In this document: one piece after another, positions 13,238 to 26,150 of the stretch
How the letters are laid out: each line of letters opens with the position of its first letter
How positions within the stretch are numbered: position 1 is the stretch's first letter
Source of the DNA: Octopus bimaculoides
Lineage: Eukaryota
Reading direction: 5' to 3'
NCBI RefSeq assembly: GCF_001194135.2
Contig: NC_069005.1
Location: forward strand, 7,464,433-7,528,432
DNA: 64,000 nt
Notes under the pieces: generated by a model
Database searches by the model: none
What the model saw: the letters and a program-made list of their open reading frames with translations, nothing else
What the model was told of the DNA's origin: nothing
Program-made: the position numbers and the translations under genes

Positions 13238-13297
13238 CTAAACGTATTCATATGCGAAACATAATTTTCAGTGCTGGCTCTAATTTCTATAGAAAAT
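13238..13297 (-). CDS. Candidate 60-nt symmetric cassette exon (I-2-like gene intron 1)
   Basis: Acceptor ttatttctacag, donor TAG|GTAAGC. Open only in phase 2 (FSIEIRASTENYVSHMNTF), which is the phase left by exon 1. Confidence 0.4.
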
Positions 13298-13704
13298 CTG
13301 TAGAAATAACTTCAAATATATATATATATATATTTATTTACACACACACAGACTACAGTTTTGTATTTATACTTAACAGTGTCACATGTCAAGACTATTT
13401 ACATCTCACAGCTGTATGTTTACTTATTTATATATAGACGCGCACATACATAAGAATTGCTTTAACAATATTGACTGAAATCTAAAATCTGGAAAGCCAT
13501 ACAATACAATAATAATATACCGCTAACTTATAGATATTTATATATATGTAATATATTTATATATATATATCTGTTTTATCGCCCCAGGCACTGTACGTCC
13601 CACCTGCACCCCATCCTCACACACTTAACAACATCTTTGGTACCAAATTCCCCGACCCACATCTGCTTTCTCTGCCTTCACCTCCAACTGATATTCACGA
13701 CTGA

Positions 13705-13744
<40 letters not shown>

Positions 13745-14860
13745 TATATAAGGATAATAAGGATAAGCAGTTTTTATTCAGGATATCGTTAAGTTTCAGG
13801 AACCCCAATTAATGTTCAAATCTAAATTGAAATAAAACTAAAACGATATGCAATTTTCCTTTATTAAATTTAATATACAAGCCTACGAAAATTGGAGGAT
13901 CTTGGTTCAATTACCGTTGATTAGTCAAAGAATGAATGTGTCTGTTGGCTTGACCAGGTCCAAACAACAACAAATATAATTGGTGAGAAACTGGTCAGTG
14001 GTGTTAAATTAGTAACATTTAAAACCTCGTTAAGCTGACACCAGTAACCTTAATTAATCCAGATTAAAAGCGGTAGATATATAAATGTCAAGTGAGAAAT
14101 TACAAACGGTGGGCAAAATTGTTTAAAATTAAACTACTTTCAATGAAGAAGAGAGACTTATAGAATAAGTACCAAACTTAAAACTAAGCGCTGAGGCTGA
14201 TGTATTCAACGAAACCGTTCATCAAGGCAGTGCCCTAGTATGGCTGCAGTCCAATGATTGAAACAAGCGAAAGATAAAACGATAAAATAAAAGATACAGC
14301 TGAATCTTGTTTTATTGATTAGAAATAATAAAAAAAAAGAATATAAAAAGAAAAAGAAAAATCAATCAACCCCAGAAATTAGTTTTTCATCGGCCTCCCC
14401 GTAGCTCCTTTCTCCCACTAAGATGGCAAAAGAAAGCAATTCTCTATCTCATTGTATTGATTCTATCCAGTTTCAACTGTAGCACCGGTTCCACAACATT
14501 TGTATAATATCTAACTGTAAGGTTTATGTTAATTGCTTAATAATACTTTTCTAATTATCTATCTTAATTAGCTCGGTTGAACAATTGTCTCTGTTGACAC
14601 TAACCACACACACACAAGTATAGTAACTGTTACAGCAATTCTTAGACAGTGGACGTTAAATTGTCGCTCCTCCACCTCCTCCCTGGTGTCTTTAGGTGTC
14701 CATACTGTTGTAATTGTTTGAGTGAATTCTTTGGTGTGACGATAACTGCACAGGTGCCTTCAGGAACTATGGTTTTATTTTTTTTTTCCCTTTCCCACAT
14801 CCAAAAATAATGAATTCTCCTTGTTCTTCTCTGATTAAATCAAAAAATGTTGTTGTTGTT

Positions 14861-15249
14861 GTTGGCACTCTGTCGCTTACAACGTCGAGGGTTCCAGTTG
14901 ATCCAATCAACGGAACAGCCTGCTCGTGAAATTAACGTGCAAGTGGCTGAGCACTCCACAGACACGCGTGTACCCTTAACGTAGTTCTCGGGGGATATTC
15001 AGCGTGACACAGTGTGACAAGGCTGACCCTTTGAATTACAGGCACAACAGAAACAGAAACAAGAAGTAAGAGTGAGAGAAAGTTGTGGTGAAAGAGTACA
15101 GCCAGGTTCACCACCATCCTCTGCCGGAGCCTCGTGGAGCTTTGGGTGTTTTCGCTCAATAAACACTCACAATGCCAGGTCTGGGAATTGAAACCGTGAT
15201 CCTATGACCATGAGTCCGCTGCCCTAACCACTGGGCCATTGCGCCTCCA
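14861..15249 (-). mobile_element. tRNA-derived SINE family B (also 1-205, 27357-27695)
   Basis: Minus-strand head GGAGGCGCAATGGCCCAGTGGTTAGGGCAGCGGACTC...TTCAATTCCC, (CAA)n tail; three highly similar copies. Confidence 0.8.
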
Positions 15250-15599
15250 CAAATCAAAAAATATACAAAGAATATATACAGATGCAGGCATGGCCTGCGT
15301 GGTAAGAAGTTTGCCTCTCAACCTCATGGTTTCGGGTTCAGGCCCAATGTGCAGCACCTTGAGCAAATGACTTCTTCCACTATAGCCTTGGGTCAACCAA
15401 TGTCTTATGAGGAATTTGGTACAAACAAACAGCGTGGAAGCCCATTATGTCTATGTGGTAAGAGGCTTGCTTCCCAACTACATGGTTCTGGGTTCAGTCC
15501 CATTGCATGGCACCTTGGGCAAGGGTCTTTAACTATAACCTCGAGCTGACCAAAGCCTTGTGAGTGGATTTGGTAAATGGAAACTGAAAGAAACCTGTC

Positions 15600-15634
<35 letters not shown>

Positions 15635-17391
15635 TGTATGTATGTATGTGTTTGTGTGTGTGTGNNNNNNNNNNNNNNNNNNNNNNNNNNNNNNNNNNNN
15701 NNNNNNNNNNNNNNNNNNNNNNNNNNNNNNNNNNNNNNNNNNNNNNNNNNNNNNNNNNNNNNNNNNNNNNNNNNNNNNNNNNNNNNNNNNNNNNNNNNNN
15801 NNNNNNNNNNNNNNNNNNNNNNNNNNNNNNNNNNNNNNNNNNNNNNNNNNNNNNNNNNNNNNNNNNNNNNNNNNNNNNNNNNNNNNNNNNNNNNNNNNNN
15901 NNNNNNNNNNNNNNNNNNNNNNNNNNNNNNNNNNNNNNNNNNNNNNNNNNNNNNNNNNNNNNNNNNNNNNNNNNNNNNNNNNNNNNNNNNNNNNNNNNNN
16001 NNNNNNNNNNNNNNNNNNNNNNNNNNNNNNNNNNNNNNNNNNNNNNNNNNNNNNNNNNNNNNNNNNNNNNNNNNNNNNNNNNNNNNNNNNNNNNNNNNNN
16101 NNNNNNNNNNNNNNNNNNNNNNNNNNNNNNNNNNNNNNNNNNNNNNNNNNNNNNNNNNNNNNNNNNNNNNNNNNNNNNNNNNNNNNNNNNNNNNNNNNNN
16201 NNNNNNNNNNNNNNNNNNNNNNNNNNNNNNNNNNNNNNNNNNNNNNNNNNNTATATATATATATATATTTTCTTTATATGTGTGTGTGTGTGTGTGTGTG
16301 TGAGAGAAGGCATGTGGCTTAGTGGTTAGGGTATTTGGCTTACAATTGTAGGGTTGTGAGTTCAATTCCCAGTGCTGCATTATTCCCTTGAGCAAGACAC
16401 TTTATTTCATGTTGCTCCACTCCACTCAGCTGGCAAAAATGAGTAGTGCCTGTATTTCAAGGGGTCAGCCTTGTCACACTCTGTGTCATGTTGAATCTCC
16501 CTGAAAAGTAAGCGAAGAGGCATGTGTGTCTGTGGAGCGCTCAGCCACTTGCATGTTAATCTCATGAGCAAGCTGTTCCGGTGATCGGATCAACTGGAAC
16601 CCCCATCACCATAAACGATGGAGAGCCAGTTTTTATATATACACATACATGTATATGTGTATATCTTTGATGTTGGTTTGTTTATGTCCCTGTAAGTTAT
16701 CAGTTTGGCAAAAGAGACCAATAGAAAAAGTACCAGACTTTAAAAAAACAAATACTGGGGTTGATTTGTTTGACTAAACACTTAAAGGTGGTGCCCCAGC
16801 ATGGCCACAGTCCAATGACTGAAACCAGTAAAAGGTAAAAGAAAGATAGCCACAGTATATAACAGCCAAAAGTCTTATGCACATATACATGTATCATCTA
16901 ATGAGAGAACTCTACAGGGCAGCTACCTCTGCTAGACACAGCAGCCAAATCTCCCTCAAATCAGAACCAATCAGCTTAGAAAAAGACAATGTTTGATGAC
17001 TGCACATAGGAAAAACAAAAAAAAAATGACTGAAACGAGGTTTAACATAGATTAAAAAAAAAAACAGAAAAGAAAAAGTATCCAGTACACTCTGAAGTGG
17101 TTGGCATTTGGAAAGGTTTTCAGCTGTAGAAGGCATACCAAAGCAGACATTGGAGCTGACACTAAAGCAGACACTTTATTTGAGTTGAGCTGAGACTAAA
17201 TTACATCAATAGCAGCAACAACAATGCACACATAGAAGAGGTTACTTGACTTATATTCTCTAATTAACCACCATGTATAAATTCCAATTGCTGCAAAGAC
17301 TATTAGCACCACTCATGTCTGTCTCACTCATTCACTGTTTCTATATATGGCCTTATATATATATGTGTGTGTGTGTGTATAATTATGTATA

Positions 17392-17738
17392 CGAGTGGGT
17401 GCTGGAAAGTTCCTGGCTTTCAGTAAAAGAAAATACAAGAGGATCAGTTAATTATGATTTTATTCAACAGTGCTCCTTCAGTTTTTCTAAGCCCTGTAAA
17501 AGAACTCGGAAAGTTGGGCCTCCAACCAGGCCTTTCGTGATACCCTTAAGAACATTCCTGGAAGACCTGCCACAAGCGTCAACCCTGGAAATGTGGCAAA
17601 AATTCATCAGCTTGTGCATGAGGATTATTGGAGGATAATCAACAATGTTTTGAAGAGTTTGAGGGACAACATTCAGTAAAAGTGACTGGATCTGTGGATC
17701 ACAATGCCTCACCCAGTCTAGGAATTGAAGATCACGAG
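17392..17738 (+). mobile_element. Mariner-derived MITE/remnant running into a gap
   Basis: TA-CGAGTGGGTGCTGGAAAGTTCCTGGCT terminus shared with the 24189 and 24440 copies, followed by a transposase-like remnant. Confidence 0.6.
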
Positions 17739-18067
17739 NNNNNNNNNNNNNNNNNNNNNNNNNNNNNNNNNNNNNNNNNNNNNNNNNNNNNNNNNNNNNN
17801 NNNNNNNNNNNNNNNNNNNNNNNNNNNNNNNNNNNNNNNNNNNNNNNNNNNNNNNNNNNNNNNNNNNNNNNNNNNNNNNNNNNNNNNNNNNNNNNNNNNN
17901 NNNNNNNNNNNNNNNNNNNNNNNNNNNNNNNNNNNNNNNNNNNNNNNNNNNNNNNNNNNNNNNNNNNNNNNNNNNNNNNNNNNNNNNNNNAATTTAATTC
18001 ATCTTTCTTCTCCATTTTTAACAAATTTGTTGAGTTTTATGGGATTCCTTTCCATAAATTCACATAA

Positions 18068-18101
<34 letters not shown>

Positions 18102-20823
18102 ATAATTAAGGGATCAGCAACAGTTGCTTCACCACATACCGAAGTTCAGAAATAGCAGCTAAAGTGCTAAAACTCCAACAGATAGCAATACTTGTAACTC
18201 ACAAAGGCAAAACAAGAAGAAAAAACAACGAAACTAACCAGTCTTAGTTAATCATAGACACGTTTCTGGATCAGAATAATAATATATATATATTATATAT
18301 ATAATTGAATTTTTCCATTTTGGTTTTATATTGCATCTAGCCACCTTTATTATTTTATAAATATATACCACATATTTACATATTATATTAACACTGACAT
18401 TCCAATAAAGAAATCAAAACTATTGTTATTAACATTCCATAGCACAAAGGATTGCACACACACACAGATACATGCAAGGGAAGATGGCTAACAGTTTAAG
18501 TAATACACTTTTAACATAGGTTTAGGTTCAATCGAAACTGATGTGCCAAGCAGAAATATTCATCAATATTCTTGTTTCTGAAGGCAGGGAGCTGGCAAAT
18601 CTTTCGCCCGTCTTCAGATTTTGAGTTTGAATTTTGGAAAGGTTGACTTTGCTTTTCATCCTTTCAGGGTTTCTTAAATTAAGTATCAGTTGAACACTGG
18701 GGGTCAATGTAATTGACTTACCCCCCTCCCCCGAAATTGCTGGCCTTGTACCAAAATTTGAAACCAATGTTATAAATTATAAGGCAGTGAGTGAGCTGTC
18801 AGAATCTTTATCACACTGGACAAAATGCTCAGAGGCAATTCCTTTAGCTTTACATTCAGTATTCTAATGTTACTGAGGTTGATAAAATAAGCACCAGTCA
18901 AGACCTGGAGTTGATGTCATTGACTAGTCCTGCATCCCTAAAATTTTAGGCTTTGTATTTATATAAGAATTATTACCATTAGACTGGTAGAATCATTAGC
19001 ATGTCAGACAAAATGCTTAGCACTGCAGGGTGGTTGGTGTTAGGAAAGGAATCCAACCATGAAAACCATGTTAAAACAGACACAGAAGTCTGGTGCAGTC
19101 TTCTGCCTGGCCAGCTCCTGTCAAACCGTCCAACCCATGCCAGCATGGAAGGTGGATGTTAAACGATGATGATGAATTTCTTCCAGCTTCACATTCTGAG
19201 TTTAAATGTTGACGAGGTTGACTTAGCCTTTTCATCTTCCCAGGGTCGATGAAATAATTATCAAGTGAGCATTGGAGATTAATGTAATCGACTAAAAATT
19301 TCAGGCCTTGTATCCATCATAGAAAGAATATTAATTATAAAGCTGATGAAAATGTTGTTTACCACATCTACTTATAACCCTTCACATTGACTCAGATCTC
19401 TTAATCCTCACGTAATACACACACACACACATACACACACACACACACACGTACACACATACTTGCTATAAAACACATTCCTAATTAAAAGCATAAATCA
19501 TTTTAAAGATGAGATATTAAAGTTGATCTTAATACCTTAGATTCCTCGACTGTGTTTTCTATCAACATACTTTGAATGCCATGCTCACAACATGAAGTGT
19601 GTTATAGTTAACCTGATTAACTTTCACATAAACAGTGACCCTGTTTAATTCTCATTACTTAATTATACTGTTGTCACACATACATGTGCATTACTGTGCA
19701 TGCACAGAATGATTTCCTAGTACAGGTCTGCTCTGGCTGTCAAGAGGAGGCTCAATAAGACTGAAACATGTCACAGTGTCAACTAAAGATCAGATTAATG
19801 CCCCCGCCTCAGCACATGTTTATTTTCATATGTCTATCACCTGCCTGTTGATTGTAGTATTTCCAATTTGAATAAGTTTCTATGCCTTGGGGAGATGGGA
19901 ATATTTAATGAAGGGCTTAGTTCAAAAGGTTAAGGTCTCTTCAGGTATAGAAACACATGACAGTGTGCTGCAGCATGGCCCTTAAGGCTTTATTCCATTG
20001 TTTCTGGATCAGCCCTTGACAGCTTCTAAATTAATTTGGTTTATCAACCTAAGTTGGATGAAAAGACAAAGTTAATCTAGATGGGTTTCAAAGTCAGAAC
20101 ATAAAAAACTACATAACCAAATATAGATGCAGGCATGGTTGTGTTGTAGGAAGCCTGCTTTCCAACCACATGGTTTTGGGTTCAGTCTCACCACGTGGCA
20201 CCTTGGGCAAATGTCGTTTTCTATAACCCCTGGGCTGACCAAAGCCTTGAGAGTGAATTTGGTAGACAGAATCTGTAAGAAACCTTGTGTGTGTGTGCAC
20301 GCACATACGTGTGTATGTGTATATATGTGTTTGTATGTGAGTGTATTTGTCCTTCCCCCACTGCTTGACAACAGGTTTTAATTTGTTTACACCACCATAA
20401 CTTAGCAGTTTGGTAAAAAAAAACCGATGGAGTCAGTAACTAATCTGAATAAAAAGATATAAGTACTGGGGCGCCTTTGAAGGTGCTGCCACAGCATGGC
20501 TGCAGTCCAATGACTGAAACAAGCAAAGACAACAGCTGGTAACGTTATTGATTCTGACTTCCATTACACACATCTGCTTATGTAAAACGAATATAGTTTT
20601 AGATTCTGAACGGAAATTCCAAGAATATTTATCAGCCCACATTGTAAATACAGTCAAAGTGACTGAAATTAGTTCAGGTGTGTAGGAAGGTGACTGTTGT
20701 CATTGTTGTTCGATGTATTATTAATAGAAGACAAAAGCAGCAAAGTGAGCTGACCTTAAAAAGACAGCCACAAACAGTACCTGCCTGTGTTTCCTCCTGC
20801 CCACCCACCCACTGCTTGGCACC

Positions 20824-20828
<5 letters not shown>

Positions 20829-20887
<59 letters not shown>
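20829..20887. repeat. (CAGC)n microsatellite
   Basis: Directly visible; generates the WLAG/QPAS ORFs. Confidence 0.95.
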
Positions 20888-20888
<1 letters not shown>

Positions 20889-20908
20889 AGCAGCCGGAAC
20901 AGCAGTAA

Positions 20909-21002
20909 ATGTCAGACAATGAAGTTGACCTTGACAACTGTCATGACACAACAAGAGAGGAGTGTAACAGCAGGAGCAGCAGTATGATGCCCTCTAATAC
21001 AG
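20909..21002 (+). CDS. Candidate upstream first coding exon (MSDNEVDLDNCHDTTREECNSRSSSMMPSNT)
   Basis: ATG directly after an in-frame TAA, 31 codons + G, donor CAG|GTAAAA (phase 1, compatible with both VCPIP1 acceptors). Preceded by unique sequence with a (CAGC)n tract. Confidence 0.25.
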
Positions 21003-21147
21003 GTAAAAACTAAACACAACATCAAACGATTCACACAGACATACATCAGACATCACCTGTTATTATTATTTTCATTATCATCGACCAACCCCTTTCCCTC
21101 CATCACAGCGCACAACTCCATTCTTCAAATGACATGTTTGTGCTTGC

Positions 21148-21180
<33 letters not shown>

Positions 21181-21581
21181 AATAAATATACACACACACA
21201 CACACGAGTGGCATAGATGCAGGAGTGACTGTGTGGTAAGTAGCTTGTTTACCAATCACATGGTTTCAGGTTCAGTCCCACTGTGTGGCACCTTGGGGAA
21301 GCGTCTTCTACTATAGCCTCGGGCTTACATATATATATATNNNNNNNNNNNNNNNNNNNNNNNNNNNNNNNNNNNNNNNNNNNNNNNNNNNNNNNNNNNN
21401 NNNNNNNNNNNNNNNNNNNNNNNNNNNNNNGTGTATTTATGTCCACGTAACTTAGCGGTTTGACAAAAGAGACCAACAGAATAAGTACTAGGCTTACAAA
21501 GAATAAGTCCTGGGGTTGATTTGTTTGACTGAAGGCAGTGCTCCAGCATGGCCGCAGCCAAATGACTAAAAGAACATATAT

Positions 21582-21632
<51 letters not shown>

Positions 21633-24188
21633 CTGTACTTAAAAATAAAATATAAAACTAGAAGACAGACAAGTGTGGAAACAACAGACAAGGTGTGTTA
21701 GTTTGACACTCAGGGAAAATGGAAGAGACTTTGACATTTCGAGTCTATGCTCTTTGACCGAAAGGAATAAGGAAAGAAAATGAAATGAGAGGGGAAATAA
21801 AACAGCTAGAAAAAAACATGTCTGGTTTAATGGTTATATATGCATACATATACACATATGGAAGTGTGTGTATACATGTATGTACACACGTGCATGCATG
21901 TGTCTGTGTGTTTGTGCATGTATACACACACACATACTATTGCCGTGCATTACAATGAATGAGTGTCAAGTTATGCGATGGACCGGATGAATGTATTCAT
22001 TGGTTGAGCAGACAAATTGTCTGAATATTCTCCACACACGTGGGTTGAAATTGAATCAGCTTGACACAGTATGATCATATTACTAGGATGTGTAGAATTA
22101 CAGGCATCTGGTAGATTTCTATAGAGTTTCCATCTAGCCAATTTTGCTCACAAGAATAGCGCCAAGCCTTGGCCCAAGTTGCATCTGGTTTATGTTCAAA
22201 CTGGCCAGATCCAATCCCTCACACCTATCCTACAGTGTCATTCTAAAAATAAGCAATCACACCATCGAAATCTCAAAGCAACAATATACTGCATGATTAT
22301 TTCAAAACAATTGTGAATAAATGAGAATTACATTTGACAGAGTAATCGGAATGCTGAAGGGTTAAACCAACCATATCAGGCCCAAATAGTCTACCTGTGT
22401 TATATCCAAACTGACCAGATCTGACCTCTTATGTCTACCCTACAAAGTCATTCTAAAAATAAACAATCACATCATAGAAATTTCAAAGCTACAATATAAT
22501 GCATGATCATTTCAAAACAATGTGAATTGTTAAGAATTACATTTTACAGCAGTGGAAGAGTATGGAAGGCCATCACCATTTATCATGTATTTTTCCATGC
22601 TGGTATGGGTTGGACAGTTTGACGGAGCTGATGAGCCAGAGGACTAAACCAATTCCTACAGGTTGCTTTCGCATGGTTTCTATGGCTTGATGCCCTCCCT
22701 AATACCAACAGAGTGCACTGGATGTTATTTACATGGCACCAGTAAGGTTACCAGGTAACTTGCAAAACAAAGACCCCCCTCAAGTGAGATGGGGAGTAGA
22801 ACTAAGAAAGGTGATTCTATGCCAGGTGATGAGAAGTCAACCCTTTAGCATTTAAAGTGGCCATATCCGGCCAAAATATGCTACCTGTTTTATGATCAAA
22901 CTGGCCAGATCTGGCCTCTCACACCAACCCTACAATATCTTTCTAAAAATTAACAGTTACCTCATCGAAATCTCAAAGCTACAAGATAATGCAGGATTAA
23001 TACAAAACAATGTGAATAAATAAGAATTGGCACCCATGCCAACGTTGTCTCCTTCATTGGACACGAAACTCGGCTTGCGAAGACCTATTGGGGCATGCGA
23101 AAGCGAAATTGTGATGGCACCTGTGCCCAGCGTCACCTTCCTGGCACTTGTGCCGGTGAGCGAGATAGTTGCCAGTGCCGCTGGACTGGCTCCTGTGCAG
23201 GTGGCACGTAAAATACACCATTTCGAGCATGGCCGTTGCCAGTACCACCTGACTGGCCTTCATGCCGGTGGCACGTAAAAGCACCCACTACACTCTCAGA
23301 GTGGTTGGTGTTAGGAAGGGCATCCAGCTGTAGAAACTCTGCCAAATCAGATTGGAGCCTGGTGTAGCCATCTGGTTTCACCAGTCCTCAGTCAAATCGT
23401 CCAACCCATTGTAGCATGGAAAACGGACGTTAAACGATGATGATGATGATTTGACAGAGTAATCTGAATGCTAATGGGTTAAAGTATGATTGAGGGACAG
23501 AAACAAGTGTCTGGCTGTAGAGAAGATACATGGAAAAGAGAAAGGAGAGAGAGAGAGAGATAGTGAAGAAGATGCATGAGGCAGACAGAGAACTGGAGGG
23601 GGTGAGTGGGCAGGAAAGTGCAGGAGAGTGCGAAAAGAGAGACACAGAAAGAAATGCTGAAAGGAGGATTACAAAAGGTTGAATCTTGTAGCGAAAGGAG
23701 ATGACAAAGGATTGCAACGAATGTAAGTTGTTGTTGTGCTGGAGAAAACCTGTCCGACTCACGCAAGCATGGAGAAGCAGACATAAAATAAACGATAAAG
23801 ACAATGCATGGATGTGCATATAAAGAGAGACTGCGAATAATTACTTGCATCTTTCTTTACAACGGAAATGAATGAATCCACATATAAATGCGTTTACAAA
23901 CAAAGAAAATCCATTTTAAAATGTTTCCAAACAAAGGAATGATGAACACAGTCCAGAATCTATTGAACTGAAATCAATAAACCGTCTTTAAGCCTATTCA
24001 CCATCCACCCACCCACTCACCCCATTTATCCATCAGTATGAAACTGTAAATGTTAGAGATACCAAAAAAAAAAAAAAAAATCAATCACTCTTTGACTGAC
24101 ATTAAACGTGTGAGTGAATATATGGTAACTTGAATACAGGCATTATGGAACATAGATATGGGCATACACACGTTGATACACGTGTGTA

Positions 24189-24587
24189 CGAGGGGGTGCT
24201 GAAAAGTTCCAGGCTTTAAGGGTATCGTGAAGGGACAGGTTGGAGACCCAACCTTCTGAGTTCTTTTACAGGGCTCTGAAAAACTGAAGGACCACTGCAA
24301 TAAGTGTGTGAATATCTGAGAGGGGAATATGTTCAATAAAACCATAAGTATCTGATCCTCCTGTGTTTTCTTTTACCCAAAGCCAGGAACTTTTTAGCAT
24401 CCCTTTGAACACACACACACATATATACACATTTATATATGAAGGGGTGCTAAAAAGTTTCGGGCTTTAAGGAGGATCAGTAAATTATGATTTTCTAAGC
24501 CCTGTAAAAGAAACCAGAAGGTTGAGCCTCCAACCAGGCCTTTCGCAATACCCTTAAAGCCAGGAAATTTTCAGCACCCCCCCCTCA
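24189..24587. mobile_element. Two adjacent mariner MITEs in opposite orientation (24189-24407, 24440-24587)
   Basis: TIRs CGAGGGGGTGCTGAAAAGTTCCAGGCT / AGCCAGGAACTTTTTAGCATCCCTTTG; TA flanks at three of four ends; the internal segments are reverse complements of each other. Confidence 0.7.
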
Positions 24588-25417
24588 TATATATATATTC
24601 TTTTATTCTTTTACTTGTCTCAGTCACTTGACTACTGCCATGCTGAAGCACCACCTTGAGGGGTTTTAGTCAAACAAATCGCCCCCCCCCAAAAAAAACT
24701 TTTTTTTAAAGCTTAGTACTTATTCTATCAGTACCTTTTTGCTGAACTGCTAGGTTACAGGGACGTAAACACACCAACACCGACTGTCAAACAGACACAT
24801 AGATATATATATACATATATACACAATGGGCTTCTTTCAGTTTCTGTCTACCAAATCCACTCACGAAGCTATAGCAGAAGACACTTGCACAAGGTGTGCC
24901 ATGCAGGGGATGGGAAGCAAGCTTCTTACCACACCCCCACAATTATATATATATTTTTATTTTATCTAGCTGATGAGCTGTGGCCATGCTGGGGCACCGC
25001 CATACACATATATATAATTGTTCCTTGTGAGGGTCATTATGCCAATATAAATATATATGTTCTAACACACTTATTCTTCTACATTTCTCAGTCTAACTGC
25101 AGCCATACTGGAGCATTATCTGAACTAGTTCTTATATCAATGTAATAAACATTTCATCCAACTGTATTAAAACACACAACATAAACAACAACACCACCAG
25201 TTTATTAGAGCAATGTAAACAAAAAGCCAGACACAGGTGCAATGCGCCGTGAAGTGGGCCAGAAGCCAGAACTACATGGTGTGAAGTGAAATTCCATAAT
25301 TATGCAGCAAAATTTGTGTGACTGTGTTTGTGTGTGATCATTGTCATTTAACATTCGTTGTCCATGGGTTGGATGGTTTGACAAAAGCTGCACCAGACTC
25401 CAGACTTATTTGGCATA

Positions 25418-25471
<54 letters not shown>

Positions 25472-25694
25472 TCATTGTCATTTAGCGTCCATTTTCCATG
25501 CTGGCATGGGTTAGACGGTTTGACTCGAACTGGTCAGCCAGAAGGCAGCACCAGGTTCCAGTCTGATTTGACATGATTTCTACAGCAACCACTCCAAGAG
25601 TGTAGCAGGTGCCTTTTACATGTCACTGGCAGCAGCCGACTGTGTACGTGTGTATTTATATATATATATATATATATATATACAATATATATAG

Positions 25695-25947
25695 AGGGAA
25701 AATAACCAAGTTTCAAGAACTCATCGATGAAAATCCACTATCACATATAGAAAAATTAATAATTAAAAGCACAATAAATGAGTATAATATAAAGTAAAGT
25801 AAATATCATAAGATGAATATTATATTAATCTTATGATATTTACTTTACTTTATATTATACTCATTTATTGTGCTTTTAATTATTAATTTTTCTATATGTG
25901 ATAGTGGATTTTCATCGATGAGTTCTTGAAACTTGGTTATTTTCCCT
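25695..25947. repeat. Perfect 120-bp inverted repeat with 13-nt spacer
   Basis: 25695-25814 is the exact reverse complement of 25828-25947 (checked base by base). Confidence 0.97.
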
Positions 25948-26150
25948 AAAACTATATATTTTATCTATAAAGCTCAATTTAATTTTAATTTTTTATAAAT
26001 AGATTTTAATTGAGTTTTTACCTGTAATTTTGGATTTTGTCCCTAATATTATTATTATTATATATATATACATATATACATAATTTTTTTGTTTCTTTCT
26101 GTGTTCCTTTCTGTGGAAGAGCATAGGCTTGAAACGTTATAGATTTTTCC
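25948..26150 (+). mobile_element. Penelope-like element terminus (related minus copy 21640-21800)
   Basis: AT-rich end followed by TTCCTTTCTGTGGAAGAGCATAGGCTTGAAACGTT, of the kind found at PLE pseudo-LTRs. Family assignment is from recall only. Confidence 0.45.

Noticed and set aside
15405-16395. Long ORFs of 240-302 aa (also 5532-6188, 17464-18155, 45690-46577)
   Set aside because: They consist of X residues from N-gaps plus microsatellite translations.
19571-19612. 42-nt exon VNYNTLHVVSMAFK (minus)
   Set aside because: Weak acceptor tract, open only in phase 0, no homology.
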